A DNA stretch of 64,000 bases from an uncultured Bacilli bacterium. GTDB lineage: Bacteria; Bacillota_I; Bacilli_A; RF39; UBA660. The stretch spans positions 69,073 to 133,072 of the forward strand of contig CAKPDM010000001.1 in the NCBI GenBank assembly GCA_934148995.1. The letters run 5' to 3'. The notes under the pieces were generated by a model that saw only the letters and a program-made list of their open reading frames with translations, ran no database searches and was not told where the DNA came from. Position 1 is the stretch's first letter. Every line of letters begins with the position of its first letter. Below are positions 50,315 to 60,757 of the stretch, one piece after another. The translations under genes and the position numbers were made by a program.

Positions 50315-50911
50315 TTAGCGATTTTTTTTGTGAATTTTTTGTGAAAAATTCTCTTCACATTTTAAGAAAAATTCCTTAAAAATTCGTCTTGAAGCATCAT
50401 CTTTTTCATATAAACTTTCAGGGTGCCACTGCACTCCTAGGAAAAAGAAATTATCTTTAATTTCTACTGCTTCGATACAATTATCTAGACTTCTAGCACT
50501 AACATATAGTGATGATAATTTGGGAATGTAATCGTTATGTCTTGAATTAACAAAAATTTCTTCTTTTTTTACTATGTTATACAAAAAACTATCTTTTTTA
50601 ATCGATATTAAATGTTCAGTACCATTGTGATTACTTATCTTTTTAGTTATATCTTTTTCCTCATTTAATAAAAAAGCAGAAATTTCTTGCATTCCAAGAC
50701 ATACTCCTAGTATAGGAATATTGTTTTCCTTTGCATATTTGATTAGTTTAATGTCTTCTTTGTACCAACCATCTCCGCCTGGTAAATAAAAGCCATCATA
50801 TTTAGAATATTTGTCTTCTTCTTTTGAACTAAATATTTCATAATTAATTTGTTCTTTTTCAAACGGAATAAGTTTAAATTCATCACTTCGATAAGCTATT
50901 CCTATTAACAT
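50315..50911 (-). CDS. Class I glutamine amidotransferase-like / peptidase C26 (gamma-glutamyl hydrolase family)
   Basis: 198 aa; GVCLGMQ nucleophile elbow and VQWHPE His motif. Confidence 0.7.
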   Translation of the reverse strand: MLIGIAYRSDEFKLIPFEKEQINYEIFSSKEEDKYSKYDGFYLPGGDGWYKEDIKLIKYAKENNIPILGVCLGMQEISAFLLNEEKDITKKISNHNGTEHLISIKKDSFLYNIVKKEEIFVNSRHNDYIPKLSSLYVSARSLDNCIEAVEIKDNFFFLGVQWHPESLYEKDDASRRIFKEFFLKCEENFSQKIHKKNR

Positions 50912-50965
50912 TTTTTCATATACACCTCAATATATAGTATAAAAAAAGAAGGAAATTAATTCCTC

Positions 50966-52876
50966 CTAATATAACTTAGCACCTGCTGGTATATGTCCAT
51001 CCACCATTAATAGATGTAACTTTTCTTCATTTTCTTCAGTATGAACAGCACTTAAAAGCATTCCACAAGAGTCTATTCCCATCATTGTACGCGGAGGTAA
51101 GTTAGTAATTGCTACTAAGGTTTTACCAATTAATTCTTCTGGTTCATAATATGCATGAATTCCACTAAGAATAGTTCTATCAGTACCAGTTCCATCATCT
51201 AAAGTAAATTGTAATAATTTTTTACTTTTTGGAACAGCAACACAATCTTTAACTTTTACTGCACGAAAATCACTTTTACTAAATGTGTCAAAATCAACAT
51301 AATCAGTAAATAATGGTTCTATTTCTACTTTAGAAAAGTCTATTACTTCTTTTTTAGGTTCAACTACTATATCTTCTTTTACTGTTTCAGTACCATTTAA
51401 TGGTTTCATGGTTGGGAATAAGATTACATCTCTAATTGATTCAGATTCTGTAAATAACATTACTAATCTATCTATTCCATAACCAACTCCTCCTGCTGGA
51501 GGCATTCCATATTCTAAAGCTTCAACGAAGTCCATATCTATATCATTAGCTTCATCATTTCCTAAATCTTTTTCTTTTAATTGCTCTTCAAATCTTTCTA
51601 ATTGGTCGATTGGGTCATTTAACTCAGTATAAGCATTAGCAAATTCACGACCAGCAATAAATAATTCAAATCTATCAACAAATCTAGGGTCTTCAACATT
51701 TCTCTTTGTAAGTGGTGATATTTCTACTGGATGTCCATATAAGAAAGTTGGTTGAATTAGTGTTTCTTCTACATATTTTTCAAAGAATAGGTTGATTATG
51801 TGACCTACTGTTTTTTCATGCTCTTCAACTACTATTTGATGTTCTCTAGCTAATTCTAGTGCTTCATCAAGTGTCATTTCTTGTTTGAAGTCTATTCCTG
51901 TCTTTTCTTTTATGGCATCCACCATACTTATTCTCTTCCAAGGTCCTTCTAGATTAATTTCATAACCATACCAGTTATAAGTCATTTTACCCATTACTTC
52001 TTTAGCAATAGTTTGATACATATTTTCCGTTAAATTCATCATACCTTCTAAATCACTATATGCTAAGTAAGCTTCCATTAAGGTAAATTCTGGATTGTGT
52101 TTTAAATCCATTCCTTCATTTCTAAATACTCTTCCTATTTCATAAACAGCTTCCATTCCACCTACTAATAGCCTTTTTAATGGTAACTCTAAAGCTATTC
52201 TTAAATACATGTCTAAGTCTTGAGCATTATGATGAGTAATAAATGGTTTAGCACTTGCTCCTGTAAGTAATGTTGATAAAACTGGAGTTTCTACTTCTGT
52301 AAATCCTTGTTTATCCATATAATTTTGAATACATCTAATAATTTTTGGACGTAAGAAAGCTACTCTTCTTGAATCATCATTCATTATTAAATCAACATAG
52401 CGTCTTCTATAACGTTCCTCTTTATCTGTAAGACCATGGAATTTTTCAGGAAGTGGTTTTAATGCTTTAACTAGTGGAGTATATTCTAAGCATTTTATAG
52501 TTACTTCTCCAGTTCTTGTTTTCATTATCTTTCCACGTATTCCTACTATATCTCCAAGGTCAGCGGTTTTAAATAGACTGTATTTCTCTTCACCAATGTC
52601 ATTAATTGATATATAAATTTGAATAAGTCCTGTTTTATCTTTAATAGTACAAAAAGAAGCTTTTCCCATCTTTCTAATAAACATTATTCTTCCTGCTACT
52701 ATGGCTTCATCTGTCATATTTTCAAATGCATCATGTTCTACATCTTTATATTTTTCTTTGATTTCCTGTGCATAAGCATTTCTTTGAAAACTATGACCAA
52801 ATGGATCTAAGCCTAATTCTCTTAATTTTTCTGCTTTTTCACGTCTAACAACTTCTTGTTCTGTTAATTCTCGCAT
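50966..52876 (-). CDS. lysS: Lysine--tRNA ligase (class II) with extra C-terminal tRNA-binding (Myf/EMAP/CsaA-like) domain
   Basis: 636 aa vs ~500 typical; LysRS core through ~aa 495 (..GGVGYGIDRLVMLFT..), then ~140 aa with KSDFRAVKVKDCVAVPKSKKLLQFTLDDGTG...GMLLSA resembling OB-fold tRNA-binding domains. Confidence 0.8.
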   Translation of the reverse strand: MRELTEQEVVRREKAEKLRELGLDPFGHSFQRNAYAQEIKEKYKDVEHDAFENMTDEAIVAGRIMFIRKMGKASFCTIKDKTGLIQIYISINDIGEEKYSLFKTADLGDIVGIRGKIMKTRTGEVTIKCLEYTPLVKALKPLPEKFHGLTDKEERYRRRYVDLIMNDDSRRVAFLRPKIIRCIQNYMDKQGFTEVETPVLSTLLTGASAKPFITHHNAQDLDMYLRIALELPLKRLLVGGMEAVYEIGRVFRNEGMDLKHNPEFTLMEAYLAYSDLEGMMNLTENMYQTIAKEVMGKMTYNWYGYEINLEGPWKRISMVDAIKEKTGIDFKQEMTLDEALELAREHQIVVEEHEKTVGHIINLFFEKYVEETLIQPTFLYGHPVEISPLTKRNVEDPRFVDRFELFIAGREFANAYTELNDPIDQLERFEEQLKEKDLGNDEANDIDMDFVEALEYGMPPAGGVGYGIDRLVMLFTESESIRDVILFPTMKPLNGTETVKEDIVVEPKKEVIDFSKVEIEPLFTDYVDFDTFSKSDFRAVKVKDCVAVPKSKKLLQFTLDDGTGTDRTILSGIHAYYEPEELIGKTLVAITNLPPRTMMGIDSCGMLLSAVHTEENEEKLHLLMVDGHIPAGAKLY

Positions 52877-53511
52877 AATTCTTCCTCCTCTTTATTTTCT
52901 ACGGTATTAGTACAAACAACTATTGTTCCTACTAGCTTATCATGAAGTCCTTGTTTTTCTTTCGTAAATGCAATAAGAAAAAAGCTAACTAATAATATAC
53001 TATATTGTACAAGATTTAGCAAACTATTAGTTGCTAAATAGGTATCTTTATCAAGAAATAGTATTGTACAAAATCCTATGATACTTACTAAGGTTCCTTG
53101 TAATATCATAGTTCTAAATAATAAATCATTCATTGTTAATTGGTCATCGTTTTTCTTTTTGATTTTAATCTTCATCATCTTCTTGCCAATCGTTTGACCA
53201 TCATTTTTATATACATATAAAACATAATACAAAAGTGATATTGCTATTCCTACTAATGTTGCTATTCCTGTTTGCTTGGCTATATCGTAACTAATATCTA
53301 CAAGTTGATTTACATATTCTTCCATAGTTATTTTCTGACTTGTATAGTTTTCGATAATTTTTGTTTGTTGGTCATATAGTTTATCAATAGTACCATTTGT
53401 TGGAATAAATGTTGTCACTAAGGTAGTTAAAGCTGATACTAAAAATAAATCTATCATAAATGCTACAAATCTTTGTGAAAATAAGGCTTTTACTTCTTTC
53501 TTTTCTTTCAT
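52864..53511 (-). CDS. RDD-family membrane protein
   Basis: 215 aa; N-terminal FSQRFVAFMIDLFL RDD signature, 3 TM. Confidence 0.55.
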   Translation of the reverse strand: MKEKKEVKALFSQRFVAFMIDLFLVSALTTLVTTFIPTNGTIDKLYDQQTKIIENYTSQKITMEEYVNQLVDISYDIAKQTGIATLVGIAISLLYYVLYVYKNDGQTIGKKMMKIKIKKKNDDQLTMNDLLFRTMILQGTLVSIIGFCTILFLDKDTYLATNSLLNLVQYSILLVSFFLIAFTKEKQGLHDKLVGTIVVCTNTVENKEEEELCEN

Positions 53512-54485
53512 ACAAAGTTCCTCCTAAATACTTCTAACATATGTAGTATATCACAAAGACTAGTCATTTGATAAATATTATTTTTTAACTGATTACTGCC
53601 TTCTACTCCTTTTAAATACCAAGCAATATGATTTCTAATTTCTAAAACTGCTACTTTCTCATTCTTTAATTCACTTAGTAGTTTTAAGTGTTTTATACAC
53701 ATATCTATTCTTTCTACAGGTGTTACTTCTTTGAAATATTTCTTTCCGTCAAGTAATGCTACAGTATCTCTTATCAGCCACGGATTGCCTAATACTCCTC
53801 GTCCAATCATTATAGCGTCACAACCAGTTTCTTCTAACATTTTCTTTGCTAATTCTTTAGTAGTTATATCGCCATTACCTATTACAGGTATTGATACATT
53901 TTCTTTAACTTGTTTGATTATGTTCCAATCAGCTTTACCACTATATCCTTGTTTTCTAGTTCTTGGATGAACGCATATAGCACTTGCCCCTGCTTCTTCA
54001 CATATCTTAGCTATTTCTACAGCATTAATAGAAACACTATCCCAGCCACTCCTAATTTTAACAGTAACAGGGCATTTAACACTTTTAACTACTGCTGTGA
54101 CTATTTCTTTTACTTTTTCGGGATTTTTAAGTAGGGCACTCCCTGCTTGAGCTCGAACAGCTACTTTAGGAACTGGACAACCCATGTTTATATCAATTAT
54201 ATCTGGATGCATAGTAGTTTCTATGTATTTTGCTGCTGTTACAAAACTATCTACGTCACTGCCAAATATTTGCTGGGTAATTGGTCGTTCTTCTTCACTC
54301 ATATACAACATATCAATAGTTTTTTGATTATCATAACAAATGGCTTTATCACTTACCATTTCAGCATAGATTAAACCACAACCCATTTCTTTAATAATTC
54401 TTCTATAAGCACTATTACAAATTCCTGCCATTGGTGCTAATACTACTTGATTTTCTATTTCTACATCTCTAATTTTCCACTTCAT
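53508..54485 (-). CDS. dusB: tRNA-dihydrouridine synthase B
   Basis: 325 aa; LAPMAGICNSAYRRI..., DINMGCP, catalytic Cys and FMN-binding TIM-barrel motifs. Confidence 0.85.
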   Translation of the reverse strand: MKWKIRDVEIENQVVLAPMAGICNSAYRRIIKEMGCGLIYAEMVSDKAICYDNQKTIDMLYMSEEERPITQQIFGSDVDSFVTAAKYIETTMHPDIIDINMGCPVPKVAVRAQAGSALLKNPEKVKEIVTAVVKSVKCPVTVKIRSGWDSVSINAVEIAKICEEAGASAICVHPRTRKQGYSGKADWNIIKQVKENVSIPVIGNGDITTKELAKKMLEETGCDAIMIGRGVLGNPWLIRDTVALLDGKKYFKEVTPVERIDMCIKHLKLLSELKNEKVAVLEIRNHIAWYLKGVEGSNQLKNNIYQMTSLCDILHMLEVFRRNFV

Positions 54486-54494
54486 AAATACCCC

Positions 54495-55517
54495 TTATAT
54501 TATTTTTTTTACTTTTGTTTTTAATTTTTGATTTTGGCTTTTGTAGTTTAATGATGCTTTTGCTAAAATTAAATTTTCTAATAAAACATTTTCTAATTCT
54601 AAGTTGTTTTTATTTCTTATTTTACTTATAGTGACATTTGTTAAAAATGCTAAACTATCATATAGTGAATATTCCTCTACTTTTTCTGGTAAATTTAAGT
54701 TATCTAGTTCATCACAAACATTATATGTCTGTACAATTCGACCATTACTATATCTCTCATAAAAACTATTAACTTCTCTTGCTAGCTCTTGAACATTTAC
54801 TGATTGCATAATAATTTTTCTTTTATCAATTCCTTTGTGATAATTAGGATTAAGCGTTGGCATCTTCTTTCTAGTGCAAAAATCTGCTAATATCAGAGCA
54901 TATGTTGTTTCGTGAATAAGACTATCACTACTGTATACCTTTTCACCAACTTTTTCTAAATGGTTTGCTACTTCATTTATTTTAGAGATTGGTATGTTTA
55001 ATTCTTCTGTTAATTGGTTAAAAATTGTAGCATTAAGGTTTAGTATTAAATTAAGACTCTGTTCTTTGTCACCATATAATTCAGTCAAATGATACATAGT
55101 AACAGTAGTCATAACATTTATACCAGCTTTTTCTAAAAGTTTTATCATTGCTTCTTTTGTTCCTATTTCCTTAGTTTCATCTATTTGTTTAAAACTATTT
55201 CTCATTAGTTGTGGAGCACTTTCAAAAGCAGACATTAAATCAACTGCTTCTGCTTTATAAAAGAAACCATAGACTATCTTTTTTAATTTATTTATATCTT
55301 TAACTTCTAACGATGGCACTTTTTCTAAAAAGTAATCATTCATATAATTATAGTATTTATTCCTTAAGTAATAACTTTTCTTACCATATAATACATCAGC
55401 AGATTCTATTATTTCTTTGATTGTTTTTAAAGTTTCTTTATCATAATTTCCTGCATTAAATTCATCAGGATTAGCCTTTAAAATTATCAATATATTTGCT
55501 ATATTTTCATTAATCAT
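54495..55517 (-). CDS. Hypothetical protein, tandem paralog A (unknown family)
   Basis: 340 aa; shares N-terminal (..YDKETLKTIKEIIESADVLYGK..) and C-terminal (..EEYSLYDSLAFLTNVTISKI..LENVLLENLILAK..) blocks with next gene. Confidence 0.45.
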   Translation of the reverse strand: MINENIANILIILKANPDEFNAGNYDKETLKTIKEIIESADVLYGKKSYYLRNKYYNYMNDYFLEKVPSLEVKDINKLKKIVYGFFYKAEAVDLMSAFESAPQLMRNSFKQIDETKEIGTKEAMIKLLEKAGINVMTTVTMYHLTELYGDKEQSLNLILNLNATIFNQLTEELNIPISKINEVANHLEKVGEKVYSSDSLIHETTYALILADFCTRKKMPTLNPNYHKGIDKRKIIMQSVNVQELAREVNSFYERYSNGRIVQTYNVCDELDNLNLPEKVEEYSLYDSLAFLTNVTISKIRNKNNLELENVLLENLILAKASLNYKSQNQKLKTKVKKII

Positions 55518-55593
55518 TTTATCATCTACTTTCTGTCATGATATGTTAATAATTATGTTCTTTAATAACATTTTTCTATATTTATTGTTTAAT

Positions 55594-56583
55594 TTATAAT
55601 TTTTTTATTTTAAGTTTTAAGTTATTTTTTTTAGCTTTAGGTTCTAATATCTTTTTTGATAAAGCTAAATTTTGTAATAGAGTATTTTCTAGTGATATAC
55701 TATTTTCTTTTGTTATTTTAGAAAGCGCAGTAGTTGTTAAAGCTGTTAAGCAATCATATAATGAGTAATCTTCTATTCTTTTAGAAGAAGTTTTTAAACT
55801 TTCAATATCTGTTATACTTTCGTCTATACTTATACTTTTTTTGGAAGTATTTCCTTGAAAATATTGTTTAGAAATATCTTTTAAATCTGATATAGTCATT
55901 TTTCTCTTAATAGTTTTACTAGCAGGATTCTTTCCATCATAATTAGGATTAGGTCTGAACACTTCTTTTTCAATACAAAAATTTGCTAAAGTATTTCCAT
56001 AAACAGCTGTGAAAAATTTAGAATCAGTAAGTAATACGTCACTACTCATTTCATAAAATTTATCAGCAATCAGTTTAGCACAAAAATCATCTGTTTTTTT
56101 TGTATTAAGTTTATTTGCTATACAAGCATTTATTCCTAATAATGATGTTAAAATTGGATTATCTATTATAGAAGGCATTATAGAACAAGAAAGGACACCA
56201 ATACTATCAATAGCAAATAGCGCTTTAATAGAAGCTTCATCTCTTTTTCTTTTTACTTCGTTTATTTGATTAAAACAACTTTCTACATAATCTATAGCAT
56301 CAGTTAAATCCACTCTAGGAGTTTTATAAAAGAAAGCTAGTGCTACTTCTTCTAATTCTTTTTTTTGTTTTACTCCTCTTTTGTTCATAAAAAAGTACTT
56401 TTCTAAAAATAAATTATATTTATTTATTAAATATGCACTTTGTTGTTTTCCATATAATGTATCAGCTTTTTTTATTATCTCTTTTAGTCTAGATAAAGTT
56501 CTTTTATCATATTTATCTTTACTTAATTCTAACGAACTAGTTTTAATATCACTTAATATTTTCAAAATTGTTTCATCTTGCAT
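55594..56583 (-). CDS. Hypothetical protein, tandem paralog B (unknown family)
   Basis: 329 aa; ..YDKRTLSRLKEIIKKADTLYGK.. and ..EDYSLYDCLTALTTTALSKI..LENTLLQNLALSK.. Confidence 0.45.
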   Translation of the reverse strand: MQDETILKILSDIKTSSLELSKDKYDKRTLSRLKEIIKKADTLYGKQQSAYLINKYNLFLEKYFFMNKRGVKQKKELEEVALAFFYKTPRVDLTDAIDYVESCFNQINEVKRKRDEASIKALFAIDSIGVLSCSIMPSIIDNPILTSLLGINACIANKLNTKKTDDFCAKLIADKFYEMSSDVLLTDSKFFTAVYGNTLANFCIEKEVFRPNPNYDGKNPASKTIKRKMTISDLKDISKQYFQGNTSKKSISIDESITDIESLKTSSKRIEDYSLYDCLTALTTTALSKITKENSISLENTLLQNLALSKKILEPKAKKNNLKLKIKKL

Positions 56584-56594
56584 TTAATCAATAC

Positions 56595-57020
56595 CTATTT
56601 ATTATTCTTTAATAAATCTCTTATTTCTTCTAAAAGAATAACTTGTTCATCTTTCTTTGGTTTTTCTTCTTCTTTTTTATGTCCTAACTTCTTGTCGGCT
56701 TTTTCTTTTATACTATTAAGTATCTGTAACATAGTAAAGATACAAAGTGCAATTATTAGAAAATCAACAACACTTTGAATAAAAGAACCATATTTGATAG
56801 AGGCATCCCCTACTTTAATACTTAGTGAACTAAAATCAAGTCCTCCTAAGACAACTCCTACTAATGGCATAATAATATCATTTACTAAACTACTAACTAT
56901 TTTTCCAAAAGCTCCACCGATAATGACACCAATAGCCATATCTACAACTGATCCTCTACTTATAAATTTTTTAAATTCATCTGCTTCTTTTTTTAGATTT
57001 TTATTCACTTTTTTATCCAT
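56595..57020 (-). CDS. mscL: Large-conductance mechanosensitive channel MscL
   Basis: start moved to MDKK (AAGGAGGataag ATG RBS); ...FKKFISRGSVVDMAIGVIIGGAFGKIV... canonical MscL TM1. Confidence 0.85.
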   Translation of the reverse strand: MDKKVNKNLKKEADEFKKFISRGSVVDMAIGVIIGGAFGKIVSSLVNDIIMPLVGVVLGGLDFSSLSIKVGDASIKYGSFIQSVVDFLIIALCIFTMLQILNSIKEKADKKLGHKKEEEKPKKDEQVILLEEIRDLLKNNK

Positions 57021-57040
57021 CTTATCCTCCTTTTTCACTC

Positions 57041-57056
57041 CTCGTGAAATTTCACA
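57041..57056. promoter_or_regulatory. 12-bp perfect palindrome GTGAAATTTCAC just upstream of mscL RBS
   Basis: seen directly; operator-like. Confidence 0.3.
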
Positions 57057-57077
57057 CATATTATACTAAAAAAAGAA

Positions 57078-59042
57078 CTATTTCTCAAGTTCTTTTATAA
57101 TTTCTTCCTTATCCATCTTTGAATAACCTTTAATACCTTTTTCTTTAGCTAGTTCTTTAAGTTTAGTCAAACTCATTTTTTCATAAGTTGTTTCATCATC
57201 TTCACTAGGCATTTTACCATTTTCTACTAAGTAATCAATTTGTTCCTTAGTTAATGTTTCATATTCTAATAAGGTTGTTGCTAATAGTTCTAATAAATCA
57301 CGATTATCATTAATAATCTTTGTAGCTTTCTTATAGCATTCATCAATGATTTTTCTCATTTCTGTATCTATTTCATGTGCTACTTCATTAGAGAAGTTTC
57401 TTGATTTATTATAATCTCTTCCAAGGAAGACGCTTCCTTCTTGTTGTTCTAATTGCATTGGTCCTAAATCGCTCATTCCGTATTCAGTAACCATTGCTCT
57501 TGCAATCTTTGTAGCTTTTGAGAAATCATTTTCTGCTCCAGTTGTAATTTCTCCAAATACTACCTCTTCAGCAACACGTCCTGCTAGTAGACCTGTTATT
57601 TGCTCTAATAAATCAGTCTTAGTAGAACACATTTTTTCTTCACTAGGAATCATCATATTATAACCGCCAGCGGAACCACGTGGAATAATTGTTACCTTTT
57701 GAACATCATTTGCTCCTTTTAGCTTAATTCCTACGACAGCATGTCCAGATTCGTGATATGCTACTAATTTACGGTCATTTTCACTACGTGTCTTACTAGA
57801 TTTAGCAGGTCCCATTAATACCCTGTCACTAGCTTCATCTATTTCACTCATTGTAATTGCTTCTTTATTTCTTCTAACAGCAAGTAACGCAGCTTCATTT
57901 AATAAGTTTTCTAAGTCAGCTCCTGAATAACCTGGAGTTCTTTTAGCAAGAGCTGGAATATTTACTCCATCTGCTAAAACTTTGTTTCTAGCGTGAACTT
58001 TAAGAATCTCTTCTCTTCCTTTAACGTCAGGTAAGTTAACAGTTACTTGTCTATCAAATCTTCCTGGTCTAAGTAAAGCTGGATCTAAAACATCAGGTCT
58101 ATTAGTTGCAGCAATTATGATAATACCTTCATTTTCACCAAAACCATCCATTTCTGTAAGTAATTGGTTTAAAGTTTGTTCTCTTTCATCATGTCCGCCG
58201 CCGATACCACTACCACGTTGACGACCAACTGCATCTATTTCATCAATAAAGATTAAACAAGGGGCTGTCCTTTTAGCCTGTTGGAACATATCTCTAACAC
58301 GACTGGCACCTACACCAACAAATAGTTCTACAAAGTCAGAACCACTAATATAGTAGAAAGGAACATTTGCTTCACCAGCTACTGCTCTTGCTAGTAATGT
58401 TTTACCTGTGCCTGGAGGACCATATAGTAATACTCCTTTAGGAATTCTTGCACCAAGTTTCTGGAATTTCTTAGGATTTTTCAAGAAATCAATTAATTCT
58501 TTTACTTCTTCTTTTTCTTCTTTTAAACCTGCAACATCTTTAAATGTTACTTTATTTTTATCACTTGATAATTTAGCTTTACTCTTTCCAAAATCAAATG
58601 AGCCATTCTTTCCACCCATTTGTTTATTTAAGAACCAAAAACCAATGGCAAGTACTAATAACATAGGTAAATAATTAGCTACAATAATTAATAATGAATT
58701 TGATTCTGGATCAGCTACAGCAGTAAATTCAAAGTTATATTTATCACTTGCAGTAACTAACTTCTTCATTACTTGTTCTGATAATGGAAGTCTTACATAA
58801 AAAGTTTCGTTTTCTTTATAATTTTTTAATTTACCACGTACTTCATAAATACTAGCTCTTTCTCTTGGTTTAACTTCTAGTTCAGTTACTTCACTAGAAT
58901 CTAATGATTTCATAAATTCACTATAAGTTAAGTTATTAATTTTTTGATTAGCAATAGTAACAAAATAGAAAACGCCAAGCATGATAAGTAGTAAAAATAC
59001 ATAAGGAAGTAATCCTTGTCTTACTTTTTTATTTTGTGTCAT
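57078..59042 (-). CDS. ftsH: ATP-dependent zinc metalloprotease FtsH with C-terminal Rho_N-like extension
   Basis: 654 aa; two TM, AAA+ (GPPGTGKT, ..DEID..), HEXXH (HESGH), C-terminal [30 protein letters not shown]. Confidence 0.9.
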   Translation of the reverse strand: MTQNKKVRQGLLPYVFLLLIMLGVFYFVTIANQKINNLTYSEFMKSLDSSEVTELEVKPRERASIYEVRGKLKNYKENETFYVRLPLSEQVMKKLVTASDKYNFEFTAVADPESNSLLIIVANYLPMLLVLAIGFWFLNKQMGGKNGSFDFGKSKAKLSSDKNKVTFKDVAGLKEEKEEVKELIDFLKNPKKFQKLGARIPKGVLLYGPPGTGKTLLARAVAGEANVPFYYISGSDFVELFVGVGASRVRDMFQQAKRTAPCLIFIDEIDAVGRQRGSGIGGGHDEREQTLNQLLTEMDGFGENEGIIIIAATNRPDVLDPALLRPGRFDRQVTVNLPDVKGREEILKVHARNKVLADGVNIPALAKRTPGYSGADLENLLNEAALLAVRRNKEAITMSEIDEASDRVLMGPAKSSKTRSENDRKLVAYHESGHAVVGIKLKGANDVQKVTIIPRGSAGGYNMMIPSEEKMCSTKTDLLEQITGLLAGRVAEEVVFGEITTGAENDFSKATKIARAMVTEYGMSDLGPMQLEQQEGSVFLGRDYNKSRNFSNEVAHEIDTEMRKIIDECYKKATKIINDNRDLLELLATTLLEYETLTKEQIDYLVENGKMPSEDDETTYEKMSLTKLKELAKEKGIKGYSKMDKEEIIKELEK

Positions 59043-59059
59043 ATCAATATCTCCTTTAA

Positions 59060-60376
59060 CTATTCATATTTCAGTATTATATCATAGAATTCATCTTTTT
59101 TCTTATCGTATTTAGTTTTTTTGATACCTGGTATAAAGACTATTTGGTTTTTGCTATCAACTACTACTGGCCATAAATCTCTATCTTTTAATGGTATTTT
59201 GCAATCTATAAATATCTTCTTTAATTTTCTATGTCCACCATTTTTAATTACTAATGTATCACCATATTCTCTAGTCCTAACTCTTAATGGTAAAGTTAAA
59301 TCTTTACTTGATAATCTTGTAATATTATTACTATTGCCCGATTCTTCTTCTACTACTTTTAAAGTATGTCCATTAGGTAGTTTAGCATAATTTGATAATT
59401 CTATTTCGTATGTATCTATTATTTCTGTATTTCTATCAAATTCTATAGTATTATAACTCTTTCTAATAACTACATCATTTGGAAAATTAAGTTTAACATT
59501 AGCTCTTTTGGAAGTAATTATTTTAAATATAGCATCTAGATGTTTATCAGATATTAAAACTAAGTCATCCTGATAATATTTTTTTAATAATTCTTCTAAA
59601 ACTAATTTTTGAATTATTTTATCTAATTCATTAAATGGTTCGATAAATAATTTATCATTTCTTACTACTTTGGTCAAGGCTTTTTGAACCTCTTTATTTA
59701 GGTACTCTGATACTTCTTCTAAGGTAGTATGAAATTTAATAAATTTCTGTTCTACTTTACTATCTTCTTTCTTTAGAAATGGCAATACTTCTTTACGATA
59801 ACGGTTTCTTGTATAAACTGAACTGTTATTTGAAGCATCTATAGCATAAGGTATTTTATATTTATGGTCATAGTCTAATAATTTAGCTTTAGTTGTTTCA
59901 AAAAATGGTCTATAAATCGTATAGGTATCCATATTTACTATTTTTTTAAAACCAGAGTATCCATAAATATTAGAACCTCTTACTATTCTCATTAAAATAG
60001 TTTCCATTAAATCATCGGCATGATGAGCTGTCATTAAGTATTTTGCTTGATATTTATTAACTACTTCTTCAAAGAAATTATATCTTATATTTCTTGCTTC
60101 ATTGTGAAAATTATCATCACCATAATTTTTTATACGCATATATTCAAATACAACATCATGTTTAGCACAATATTCTTCTAGTAAAACTTTTTCTTCTTCA
60201 CTTTCTTTTCTCTTTCCATGATTAACGTGAGCACAAATTAGTTTTATGTTTATTTTTTTTCTAAGCATTAATAATGTATGAAATAATGCCATAGAATCTG
60301 GTCCATAACTACATCCAAATACTATTACATCACCATCTTTTATTTTTATATCTTTATATAGTAATTCTACATCCAT
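59060..60376 (-). CDS. tilS: tRNA(Ile)-lysidine synthetase
   Basis: 438 aa; PP-loop ..VIVFGCSYGPDSMAL.., position between ftsH and divIC as in Bacillus. Confidence 0.8.
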   Translation of the reverse strand: MDVELLYKDIKIKDGDVIVFGCSYGPDSMALFHTLLMLRKKINIKLICAHVNHGKRKESEEEKVLLEEYCAKHDVVFEYMRIKNYGDDNFHNEARNIRYNFFEEVVNKYQAKYLMTAHHADDLMETILMRIVRGSNIYGYSGFKKIVNMDTYTIYRPFFETTKAKLLDYDHKYKIPYAIDASNNSSVYTRNRYRKEVLPFLKKEDSKVEQKFIKFHTTLEEVSEYLNKEVQKALTKVVRNDKLFIEPFNELDKIIQKLVLEELLKKYYQDDLVLISDKHLDAIFKIITSKRANVKLNFPNDVVIRKSYNTIEFDRNTEIIDTYEIELSNYAKLPNGHTLKVVEEESGNSNNITRLSSKDLTLPLRVRTREYGDTLVIKNGGHRKLKKIFIDCKIPLKDRDLWPVVVDSKNQIVFIPGIKKTKYDKKKDEFYDIILKYE

Positions 60377-60401
60377 TTTTCCACCTCAATAAAAAGAATA
60401 C

Positions 60402-60698
60402 CTATTTATCTTCAGGTATTCTAAGAATATATTCTCCATCTTTTGAATAATAATACTTTTCTCTTGCATACCTTGCTACATAATCTGCATCTTGTAATTT
60501 TAAAACGTCGGCTTTTAGTTCACTTTCTTTATCTTTTAAACTAGCAAGTTCTTTAGTAAGTTCTTTCTTTTCTTTATATTTACTATAGATACTAACCCAG
60601 TATTTTCCTACAGTATAGGTTGTGAACACTATCATAGCAAGAGAAAAAACACATAGAAAAAAGGGACCCATCTTCTTTTTTTTCTTCTTTTTAGCCAT
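60402..60698 (-). CDS. divIC: Septum formation initiator family protein (DivIC/FtsB-like)
   Basis: start moved to MAKKKKKKKMGPFF (internal ATG with AGGAAAAGTGGGTGA RBS); one TM then coiled coil. Confidence 0.55.
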   Translation of the reverse strand: MAKKKKKKKMGPFFLCVFSLAMIVFTTYTVGKYWVSIYSKYKEKKELTKELASLKDKESELKADVLKLQDADYVARYAREKYYYSKDGEYILRIPEDK

Positions 60699-60757
60699 AA
60701 TATCACCCACTTTTCCTGATAATATTATAGACTTTTTTTCTAAGTTTTGCAAATTAA

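Noticed and set aside
57041-57056. Rex (TTGTGAA-N4-TTCACAA) or CRP (TGTGA-N6-TCACA) site upstream of mscL
   Set aside because: Half-sites are similar but the spacer length does not fit either consensus.
56595-57059. Longer MscL ORF starting at MCEISRGVKKEDK
   Set aside because: The internal ATG (MDKK) is preceded by a near-perfect AAGGAGG RBS and gives a canonical MscL N-terminus. The longer start lacks an RBS and overlaps the palindrome.
60660-60692. Poly-A tract in divIC (K8 run) as a phase-variation switch
   Set aside because: The longest pure homopolymer is only ~8 A, interrupted by G. This is probably ordinary AT-rich lysine coding, not a contingency locus.
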